Part shown: positions 31,085 to 43,431 of the stretch, in pieces
How positions within the stretch are numbered: the stretch's first letter is position 1
How the letters are laid out: each line of letters opens with the position of its first letter
From: Planktothrix mougeotii LEGE 06226
Lineage (GTDB): Bacteria; Cyanobacteriota; Cyanobacteriia; Cyanobacteriales; Microcoleaceae
Reading direction: 5' to 3'
Length of the DNA: 52,507 nucleotides
Assembly: GCF_015207485.1 (NCBI RefSeq)
Contig: NZ_JADEWU010000005.1
Coordinates: forward strand, 1-52,507
Position numbers and translations under genes: made by a program
Notes under the pieces: model-generated
What the model was told of the DNA's origin: nothing
The model's database searches: none
What the model saw: the letters and a program-made list of their open reading frames with translations, nothing else

Positions 31085-31135
31085 AAATAAAAGTGATCTC
31101 TTTTTAATTTTACAAAAAAAAGATCACTTTTATTT
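31085..31135. terminator. Perfect 15-bp inverted repeat (AAATAAAAGTGATCT / AGATCACTTTTATTT) with 20-nt loop; probable terminator for the convergent aldo-keto reductase gene, or an IS-end remnant
   Basis: Direct reading; a second hairpin CCCCCTGCTAAAAAAGGGGGG lies at about 31164-31184. Confidence 0.45.
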
Positions 31136-31234
31136 CCCTTTTTACCCCTGACTTTGAAAACCCCCTGCTAAAAAAGGGGGGAATTGATGGATTAGGAGTT
31201 AGGAAAATATTGATTTTCCTATTAAGTCCTGTTT

Positions 31235-32197
31235 CTAAAAATCCCACATCACCGGATTATCATCTAAATGATCTGTAACAGTGCGCCCAATTTGGTCGAT
31301 TTTTGCTAAATCTTCGGAGGCGATTTTAATAGTACCAGCATGAGTATTTTGTTCAGCTTGTTCTGCATTTCTAAACCCGACAATTGCATGAGTTTGGGGT
31401 TGGGAAATTAACCATGCGATCGCTAATTGTCCTAATGTACATTGATAACGTTCTGCAATGGGTCGTAATTGTTCTAAGGCATTTTGTACCCGTTGATAAT
31501 GGTCTTTATTAGCAAATAATTTATTTTTAGATCGATGATCTCCTGCTGCAAATTGATGATGGGGGCCGAATTTTCCCGTTAATAATCCTTGAGCTAGGGG
31601 AGAATAAGCTAAAATAGAAATCTTCTGTTCAATACAATAAGACATGGCATCTTGTTCGACCTTTCGCCAAAATAAAGAATAAGGAGGTTGTAAACTTTCA
31701 ATTCTTCCATATTGGCTGGCTTCTTCCAATTGTGTTCGGGAAAAATTAGAAACCCCAATCCCTCGAATTTTTCCTTGTTCTTTTAAGTGATTTAAGGCTT
31801 TCATGGTTTCTTCAATCGGGACTATTTCTGAATTAAAAAAGCCAGATGGCCAGTGTATTTGATATAAATCAATATAATCGGTATTCAGATTTTTTAAAGA
31901 TTGTTCACAAGCTGCAATCACTTGATCATATTTCAAATGATTAGCAAATACTTTACTTGCATAAACGACTTGATCTCGGACATCAGATAAAGCTTGGGCT
32001 ACAATTTGTTCCGAGTGCCCTTCTCCATAGACTTCTGCGGTATCAATGGTTGTAATTCCCGCCTCAAAACCAGCACGAATGGCTTTAATGGTTTCTGCAT
32101 CTTCAATTCCTACCCACATTCGTTTTCCGGCTTGCCAAGTTCCGATTAAAAGCGGAGTAATTAGAATATCAGATTGACCTAGAGTTCGTTTTTCCAT
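31235..32197 (-). CDS. Aldo/keto reductase
   Basis: 320 aa; LGQSDILITPLLIGTWQAG start, IDTAEVYGEGHSE, and overall AKR pattern. Confidence 0.85.
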   Translation of the reverse strand: MEKRTLGQSDILITPLLIGTWQAGKRMWVGIEDAETIKAIRAGFEAGITTIDTAEVYGEGHSEQIVAQALSDVRDQVVYASKVFANHLKYDQVIAACEQSLKNLNTDYIDLYQIHWPSGFFNSEIVPIEETMKALNHLKEQGKIRGIGVSNFSRTQLEEASQYGRIESLQPPYSLFWRKVEQDAMSYCIEQKISILAYSPLAQGLLTGKFGPHHQFAAGDHRSKNKLFANKDHYQRVQNALEQLRPIAERYQCTLGQLAIAWLISQPQTHAIVGFRNAEQAEQNTHAGTIKIASEDLAKIDQIGRTVTDHLDDNPVMWDF

Positions 32198-32264
32198 ATT
32201 GAGTTTCCTAGTTTCAGGTTATTATTATATATAATATAATAGAAAATCAGCATCTATAATTATA

Positions 32265-32849
32265 ATGATGAAAACTGTAACAAATCACGCTCTTAAAGAA
32301 TGGAATATTACGGTTGAAGCCTTAGAACAAGGTGAAACCATTATGTTATTGAGAAAAGGAGGAATTCGGGAACAAAATGGAAAATTCAAGGTTGATCAGA
32401 ACAAAATTCTGCTCTATCCTACCTTTGAACATCAAAAACCCACTTTATTAAAACCTGAATATGCTCATTTTGTACAACCTGTTTCTTCGAGTTGGCATCC
32501 TGAAACGGTTAAAATTAGTAGTTTTGCAGAAATTACTCATATTTTATCCTGGAATAATTCTCAAGATGAGTCTTTGATTCATTCATTAATCAAGTTTCAT
32601 ATTTGGAATGAAACTTTTGTGCGCGATCGCATCCAATTTAAACCTCAACAGCCTCTTTATATTCTATTATTGAGAACCTATAAACTTTCTCAAGTTCATG
32701 AAATTCCTTATCATCCTAGTTATGGCGGATGTCGTTCTTGGATTGATTTACAGCAACCGATTTCATTAGACAATAAAATTCCTATTTTAACTCAAGAAAA
32801 CTACGACCAAAAAGTCTCAATGATTGCTCAAATTCTTCAATCCTCGTAG
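32265..32849 (+). CDS. Hypothetical protein
   Basis: 194 aa ORF with no recognisable motif; its stop codon lies inside a palindromic repeat element. Confidence 0.4.
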   Translation: MMKTVTNHALKEWNITVEALEQGETIMLLRKGGIREQNGKFKVDQNKILLYPTFEHQKPTLLKPEYAHFVQPVSSSWHPETVKISSFAEITHILSWNNSQDESLIHSLIKFHIWNETFVRDRIQFKPQQPLYILLLRTYKLSQVHEIPYHPSYGGCRSWIDLQQPISLDNKIPILTQENYDQKVSMIAQILQSS

Positions 32850-32903
32850 TGAGGGCTTCAGCCCTCATCCCTGATTAAGAAAGCCCTGAAGGGCTTACTA
32901 CGG
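32842..32903. repeat. About 62 bp MITE/REP-like element bounded by inverted CGTAGT...ACTACG termini, each arm carrying an internal GGGCTTCAGCCC-type palindrome; same family as 16184-16405
   Basis: Direct reading: CGTAGTGAGGGCTTCAGCCCTCATCCCTGATTAAGAAAGCCCTGAAGGGCTTACTACG. Confidence 0.7.
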
Positions 32904-33614
32904 GATATAGTTTTGAAGCCTGGGTATCAACTTCAGAAAAATTTCTGAAGGTTTTATTACAGTAAGTAATAATTAGCCTACAATTAAAAGAAGTTGTTTT
33001 TCCACTCCCACTTCGTCCTAATACAACTAAAGATTCATATTCAATCGATAGAATTCCCCAATCCAACCCTCTGTATAAAAGCATACCATAAATCAAGAAT
33101 TTTGATCAAAAATCCGATCTGGGTTGAGGATAATCCTCATGGTTATTTCAGATTATTCATACTGTTGAAGAATAAGAATCAAAGGATTAATCCTTGTATT
33201 TTTAACAACTTTTAATCGTGAAATTGATGAGTTTATATAGCTATAAAACCGTTTATTTTCGAGGATATGATGCTAGAATTGACTCCTAGCAGGGTGAGTT
33301 TTTCAATGCTATCTTGATTATAGGACTGCTACTCGTTGGGTGTAAGGAGGTGAGACAATTCAGGAAATCAAACCTAAGACAGCCAAACAAGTGTAAGAAA
33401 ACGATTTTTAAAACCAATCTCATCTAAAACTATCACATCAGGAAACCAGACTATAAATTTCTGGAAGAATTATCTATTTTAGATTTTATCTTCTTAAAAA
33501 TTTATCGGCTGGAATTTTCCCAAAATTTCATCTGTGTATTACCCTTGTTTTGAATTTCAGTTGTTTGACTTTTATTCCTGATGGTAATGGATATCGCATC
33601 TACCCCCGTTTAAC

Positions 33615-34682
33615 ATGAAAAATTCTCGATCGCCTTCCAGAACCGATACTTGGGTGGGAAAAGTAATAGATCAATTTCCCACTTTTATTATCGGATTTTT
33701 TACGGGATCACTGATCACAGTTTATGGAACTTTGACTCAGATTGATTTATTAAGCCATCTAAATGCTGATCCTAATATCCTAAATTTCTATCAACAATTA
33801 TTGGGATTATCTCATGATACATCAGAACAAAAAAAACAATATAGAGGATATATTGAAAAGCTTAATATTAGTGTGAATCCTAATACGTTAATTATTCATG
33901 TTTTGCCTAATTCTATTTGTGAATCTGCTATTTATGAAGGAGATCGTGTACAAGTTTTACCTCCTGTTGAGGTAATTGGTCAACAAAATTCTGCTCAAGA
34001 TACAGAATTTAATTTATTGAAACAGAGGGTCAATCAAATTATTAGTGATGGGTTTGGGTCTCTTGAAGTTGTCACTCCTGAAAATCAATTAGCACTGATT
34101 GAAATTAATCTACTCAATGAAGAACAAAATTGTGTGAGGAAACCTAAATATATTCAAGAGTTAGAAAAGCTCCTAGAGCAGAAAAAATGGAAAGAAGCTG
34201 ATCAAAACACGAATCAGGTTTTACTGAAAATTACGAATCGAGAAAGTGTTGGTTATTTGGATGAAGATGCGATTCAAAAAATGTCTTGTTCCTACTTAAG
34301 AACGATTGATCAGTTATGGAAAAAATACTCAGGAGGGTTATTTGGATTTAGTGTTCAGAAGCGAATTTTTGTAGAAACTGAAAATGAGCTAGAAGATGAT
34401 AGTTTAAATCGATATGATCCCAATGCTTATATTCATTTTACCGATTTAGTTCGCTGGATTGAATCAGGGAAAAATGGAAAAGAAAAATGGAAAAATTATA
34501 ATGAATTGACTTTTTCTTTAGAAGCACCAGAAGGTCATCTTCCTCGTCTAAATCAGCTTGAGAAAGGAATGAAAAAGGAATCCAATTATCAACTTTTTTC
34601 TCCCAATGCGCTTCCCTTATCTTCCCAAGAAATTAAAGCAAGAACCTTATTTTTTACACGAGTTGATACTTGCAAGCTTTAG
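33615..34682 (+). CDS. GUN4-like domain protein with N-terminal hydrophobic segment
   Basis: 355 aa; C-terminal region SCSYLRTIDQLWKKYSGGLFGFSVQKRIFVE closely resembles the GUN4 domain signature (…DL.TID.LW..YS.G.FGFSVQ…); N-terminal TM (FPTFIIGFFTGSLITVYG). Confidence 0.5.
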   Translation: MKNSRSPSRTDTWVGKVIDQFPTFIIGFFTGSLITVYGTLTQIDLLSHLNADPNILNFYQQLLGLSHDTSEQKKQYRGYIEKLNISVNPNTLIIHVLPNSICESAIYEGDRVQVLPPVEVIGQQNSAQDTEFNLLKQRVNQIISDGFGSLEVVTPENQLALIEINLLNEEQNCVRKPKYIQELEKLLEQKKWKEADQNTNQVLLKITNRESVGYLDEDAIQKMSCSYLRTIDQLWKKYSGGLFGFSVQKRIFVETENELEDDSLNRYDPNAYIHFTDLVRWIESGKNGKEKWKNYNELTFSLEAPEGHLPRLNQLEKGMKKESNYQLFSPNALPLSSQEIKARTLFFTRVDTCKL

Positions 34683-34801
34683 ACTAATCTTAGAATATGA
34701 GGAGGTAGGGGAACTTAGGGGGGATGAATTCATTTCCTGAGTTAGTTACTATAGAAAGAGATCTATAAAATTAGTTCATTTGAGGTTAAAGCGATCGCAG
34801 T

Positions 34802-36418
34802 ATGTCTATCTCTCGCTATTTACTGTTAATTTTTGGGATTTGCTTGCTTCTAGGGTTAATGATTTGGCTGATTAGTTCCCTATCAGCACTTTATACTCAG
34901 GTGATTTGGTCAGCGAATCCGATTTTAGCAAATTTGCTGCTATTATTATTAATTGTATTATTAGGATTGGCTATTTTTGCCTTTTTTTATTATACTCGAT
35001 TATTCCAAAAATCAGGAAAATCTACCAAAAAACGGCGACCCTTAAAAATTCCTTTAGATAAAACCGAAGCCGCCGAAGAATCCCTTAAATCGTTAAGACA
35101 ACAGGTGACTCAAATTCAAGATGAAGTGGCTAAAAAAGCGTTATTAAGTCGTTCTCAAGATATCGCTTCCGAATTAGCCAAAGGGAATATTCAAGTGGTC
35201 GTATTTGGAACAGGTTCGGCGGGAAAAACTTCTTTAGTCAATGCTTTAATGGGTCGCATGGTGGGAAAAGTTAACGCACCGATGGGAACTACAGAAGTTG
35301 GAGAAACCTATCATTTACAATTAGAAGGAATTGAACGGGAAATTTTAATTACAGATACCCCTGGAATTTTAGAAGCGGGAATGGGGGGCTCTGAACGGGG
35401 AAAATTAGCACGTTCGTTAGCAACAGATGCCAATTTATTAATCTTTGTTGTGGATAATGATTTAAGACAATCCGAATATCATTCCTTACAAGCATTAGTT
35501 GAAATTGGTAAGCGATCGCTGATTCTTTTAAATAAAATTGATTTATATCCTGAAAGCGATAAAACCCTAATTTTAGCTAAACTTCGAGAGCGAGTTAAGG
35601 CGTTTTTAGATCCCAGTGATGTCATTGCTGTAGCTGCAAATCCTCAATCCATACGTTTAGACACGGGAGAAATCATACAACCTGAACCGGATATTATGCC
35701 TTTAATTCGACGGATGGCAATGATTTTAAGATCAGAAGGAGAAGAATTAATTGCTGATAATATTTTACTCCAATCTCAGCGATTAGGAGAAGAAGCACGA
35801 CGATTAATTGATACTCAAAGAAAACGGGAAGCTGAAAAAATTGTGGAACGATTTCAATGGATTGGTGCAGGAGTCATTGCGGTCACTCCTTTACCTGTCA
35901 TTGATTTAATTGCGACGGCGGCTGTTAATACCCAAATGGTAATCGAAATTGGTAAAATATATGGCTGTGAATTAAATGCAGATCGGGGTCGAGAATTAGC
36001 CTTATCCTTAGCCAAAACTTTAGGCAGTTTAGGAGTGGTTAAAGGGGTGATTCAGTTAGTCTCAACAGCCTTACAATTAAATATTGCCACCTTAGTCGTC
36101 GCACGTGCCATTCAAGCGGTGAGTGCTGCCTATTTAACCCGGATTGCAGGTAAAAGTTTTATTGAATATTTCCGTCATGATCAAGATTGGGGAGATGGAG
36201 GAATGACGGAAGTAGTACAACGACAATTTCAGTTAACTCGCCGAGATGAATTTGTCAAACAATTTGTTCAAGATGCCTTTGCTAAAATTATTGAACCTTT
36301 GAATTTAAAGCCAGAAGAAGAGGAAGAATTTGAGATGGAAGTGAATCCCGAACCTTTATTAAAGCGTTATATAGAAGATTGGGATGAGGGGAATAGTGCT
36401 GATCGTCCTGATTGGTAA
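34802..36418 (+). CDS. Membrane-anchored P-loop GTPase (50S ribosome-binding/dynamin-like GTPase family) with DUF697-like C-terminal region
   Basis: 538 aa; two N-terminal TM helices; G1 GTGSAGKTS, G3 DTPGI, G4 NKID; long helical C-terminal half. Confidence 0.55.
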   Translation: MSISRYLLLIFGICLLLGLMIWLISSLSALYTQVIWSANPILANLLLLLLIVLLGLAIFAFFYYTRLFQKSGKSTKKRRPLKIPLDKTEAAEESLKSLRQQVTQIQDEVAKKALLSRSQDIASELAKGNIQVVVFGTGSAGKTSLVNALMGRMVGKVNAPMGTTEVGETYHLQLEGIEREILITDTPGILEAGMGGSERGKLARSLATDANLLIFVVDNDLRQSEYHSLQALVEIGKRSLILLNKIDLYPESDKTLILAKLRERVKAFLDPSDVIAVAANPQSIRLDTGEIIQPEPDIMPLIRRMAMILRSEGEELIADNILLQSQRLGEEARRLIDTQRKREAEKIVERFQWIGAGVIAVTPLPVIDLIATAAVNTQMVIEIGKIYGCELNADRGRELALSLAKTLGSLGVVKGVIQLVSTALQLNIATLVVARAIQAVSAAYLTRIAGKSFIEYFRHDQDWGDGGMTEVVQRQFQLTRRDEFVKQFVQDAFAKIIEPLNLKPEEEEEFEMEVNPEPLLKRYIEDWDEGNSADRPDW

Positions 36419-36443
36419 AAGGTAGATTAAATTTAATTCATTA

Positions 36444-37631
36444 TCAGGACAAATCACCCCCCATATTTTGATAGCGTTCTACCATTTTACAAGCGGCTTG
36501 ATACTGTTTTTGGGCAAGTTCTGGTGGAGATAAAACCTGTGCTAAGTTTAAATATTGATTGACCCAAATCATAAATTCATTGAGTGATCGAGAAGGTAAC
36601 TGAATTTTATAATCTACAAATAATAGTTTCCCCTGTTCATCTTTAATCGTCTTAATTTGTTGACGAATATGGCGACGCTCCCCTTCTAAAATAAAATTAG
36701 TAGCGGGAGGAAAAAAGCGAATATGAACCAATTTTAAAGGCAGTTCTCCCGCAAGTTCCTGTTGTTGTTCGACTGCATTCCCTAAATTTAATCCCCATCC
36801 TTGGTTTAATAATTGATGAGCTTTTTGTAAATTATTATATTGTTCTTGGAGAGGTCGAGATTGGGATAAAAATTGGCAATAATCTCGATAGCGGTTGATT
36901 CGACCAATCGTGAGTTGACCGTTTTCGCAGGATTCATAGACCAAATACCAAGCAATATTAAAATGAATCAGTTGTAATGGCCAAATTTTTACTAATCCAA
37001 TTTGTCCAGAATTATAGGGGTCACTGAACCGAGAAATTTCAATGGCTTTTCCAGTGAGAATTGCCTCTTCAATCTGATCTAATTGATGAAAAAGAGTATT
37101 TTGTACATTGCCCATTTCCAACATTTCATCCGGGTCAGTCCACACAATAGAACGGTTGAGTTGTTGTCGAACAGGATAGAAAAATTCTCCTTTTCGTTCT
37201 AAGTTAACCCCTCGTAATCGCTTTTCTAAAGTTTCGCAAATTCGTCTCGTTTTGGAGTCCGCTTGATATTGACTCAAGGAAACTAACAGTTGAAACGCAA
37301 CTTGTAATTCCTCCCAACTCATCACACCTGTTCCGAGATAATAACCCCAACGGTACATTCGCTGTTCGAGAATGCTGTAGCGCCGTAGGGTTTCGATATC
37401 TTTACGAATTGTTGGTAAAGCGGGATAACCCGGAGGAAGGTTAATTTTCAGTTCAGAGGCAAGCTGCTGTAAGTGATATTGGACATCTGATAGAGCATTC
37501 CGATGTTCTCCTTTCTGAGTTGGGGGAGTGTTACCAACCCCTGGATATTGAACCAAGGTGGCAATTAATAACATCAATCGCTCAAAGGCTTGTTGATCTG
37601 AATAGGAATGGCGTGTTGGCTTTTTAGCCAT
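36444..37631 (-). CDS. WYL-domain transcriptional regulator, divergent from the cmr operon (putative CRISPR-Cas regulator)
   Basis: 395 aa; literal WYL tripeptide in the context IAWYLVYESCENGQLTIGRINRYRD, which fits the WYL-domain consensus (WYL ... R ... R.). Position immediately upstream of, and divergent from, cas10. Confidence 0.5.
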   Translation of the reverse strand: MAKKPTRHSYSDQQAFERLMLLIATLVQYPGVGNTPPTQKGEHRNALSDVQYHLQQLASELKINLPPGYPALPTIRKDIETLRRYSILEQRMYRWGYYLGTGVMSWEELQVAFQLLVSLSQYQADSKTRRICETLEKRLRGVNLERKGEFFYPVRQQLNRSIVWTDPDEMLEMGNVQNTLFHQLDQIEEAILTGKAIEISRFSDPYNSGQIGLVKIWPLQLIHFNIAWYLVYESCENGQLTIGRINRYRDYCQFLSQSRPLQEQYNNLQKAHQLLNQGWGLNLGNAVEQQQELAGELPLKLVHIRFFPPATNFILEGERRHIRQQIKTIKDEQGKLLFVDYKIQLPSRSLNEFMIWVNQYLNLAQVLSPPELAQKQYQAACKMVERYQNMGGDLS

Positions 37632-38033
37632 ATTCCGTAGGATAATAGTCGTAATAAGCCAATATTGACATGAAGCTTATGATTTCTTAAAAAATTTAGA
37701 TTTTTAAAGGATTATTGAGTTTTGTAACTTAAACGATAAATATTGTGAAATTCAAGACAGAACCTATCACAGGTTGGTAAAGTTAGTAAATAGTTAATTT
37801 GTGAGAACATCACATTTGTTGTCCCCCTAGATTTAACAAACTTGCATCTGGCTAAGTCCAGTTAATTCACTCATCACACTCATTAGCTTTGATCCTAGAA
37901 GAAATGTTCTGCACAGCCACCTCCTGCAAACATTCTTATTATTCAGTTTTATTTTCTTGGATAACTAAGAAAAGACGGACTCGCAATGATTAGTTAAGTC
38001 AATTTCTATTCATGAAATGGGAAGTAAGGAATT

Positions 38034-42190
<4,157 letters not shown>

Positions 42191-42195
42191 AAACC

Positions 42196-43026
42196 ATGAC
42201 AAATTTAGTGTATTTGTATCTACTCGCTCCCTTACATACAGGGGGAACCACTCAAGAAGGAAATCTATTAGGAATTGCCCGTGAATCTCATACGAATTTA
42301 CCTTACATTCCTTCCAGTAGCATTCGGGGAAGAATTCGAGCCAGTGTCAGCGATCGCATTACCTGTGTTAAGCTGTTTGGCCCGGATTTAAAAGATTTAG
42401 AAAATCGTCAGTTTTTAGATGAATATAAATTAGAAACCAATAAAGATCTCACTCAATTAGAACAAGGAGATATTTGGATCGGCGATGGTTCCTTATTATG
42501 GTTGCCTGTTCCTTCTTTAAGTCATGGTGTTGTCTGGATTAGTTGCCCGCTTCTGTTACAACGTTGGGCAAGATTTAACCCAAATTTACCTGAAATTCCC
42601 GCACCTTATAGCACAAATTTAGGGAATTCTAATGTTTATCTCAAAGATGCTATTTTAAAACAAAATCAACTCTCTACCTGGAATAATTGGAAAGACTTTC
42701 TTCCGCAAAACCAATCGAATCAATCAATTCAACGGGTTTTATTACTTCCTGATCAACATTGTGCCACCTTAATTCAAATGAGTTTGTGGCGACAAGTGAA
42801 AGTTAAACTTGATCAAAATAAATCAGTTGATGGTGGTTTTCGTTATGAAGAAGCCATCCCTCCTGATAGCGTGATGTATTTTCCTTGGGGAATTACATCA
42901 CAAACTAATGGCACAGCAGAAAAATCAAAGACAGATTTTCAAGACTTGCTTTCAGTTAATGAAGTTTTACAAATTGGGGGTCAAGAAAGTTTAGGTCGTG
43001 GTTTTGTTCAATCTTGGTTAAATTAA
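42196..43026 (+). CDS. cmr4: Cmr4 (Cas7 backbone subunit); start chosen at the Met 6 nt after the cmr3 stop
   Basis: About 276 aa; N-terminal LYLLAPLHTGGTTQEGNLLGIARE...LPYIPSSSIRGRIRA is the characteristic Cmr4 G-rich and RAMP motif. Confidence 0.75.
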   Translation: MTNLVYLYLLAPLHTGGTTQEGNLLGIARESHTNLPYIPSSSIRGRIRASVSDRITCVKLFGPDLKDLENRQFLDEYKLETNKDLTQLEQGDIWIGDGSLLWLPVPSLSHGVVWISCPLLLQRWARFNPNLPEIPAPYSTNLGNSNVYLKDAILKQNQLSTWNNWKDFLPQNQSNQSIQRVLLLPDQHCATLIQMSLWRQVKVKLDQNKSVDGGFRYEEAIPPDSVMYFPWGITSQTNGTAEKSKTDFQDLLSVNEVLQIGGQESLGRGFVQSWLN

Positions 43027-43046
43027 TTATTTAAGGAGTTAAACTC

Positions 43047-43427
43047 ATGGCATTTGATCCACGTACTATTGCTACTCCTGTTTATGAAGCATTATCAGGA
43101 CTGCAAACTCAATATTACAATCAAAATGAGCGCCTTCAAGAACAAAAAAGCCAAGCTGTTGAATTGTATACCTATTTAGCCACTTGGGGATTGATGCGAC
43201 TTAAAGCAGAAGAAACAGCGTTAAATCAAGACGGTAAAAAAGATGTAGTTAAAAAATATTTTGCCTGTTTAGAAGAACTATCTGGGTTAACTAATCTTGC
43301 TAATGCTGAAGGTCTTAAAATCTTAAAAAATCTCAATGCAGATGAATATTTAGGTTTAACAGGTTTAGGTTTAACAGTCGCTCAAGAATTTAGTTTTTGG
43401 GCAAATGCTATTTATGTAGGAGACTAA
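43047..43427 (+). CDS. cmr5: Cmr5 (Cas11 small subunit)
   Basis: 126 aa all-helical small ORF between cmr4 and cmr6, the standard position and size for Cmr5. Confidence 0.65.
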   Translation: MAFDPRTIATPVYEALSGLQTQYYNQNERLQEQKSQAVELYTYLATWGLMRLKAEETALNQDGKKDVVKKYFACLEELSGLTNLANAEGLKILKNLNADEYLGLTGLGLTVAQEFSFWANAIYVGD

Positions 43428-43431
43428 GATT

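Noticed and set aside
32875-33215. Two overlapping 73-aa ORFs (32875-33096 minus, 32994-33215 plus)
   Set aside because: AT-rich intergenic region adjacent to the palindromic repeat element; mutually overlapping on opposite strands, no motifs; likely non-coding.
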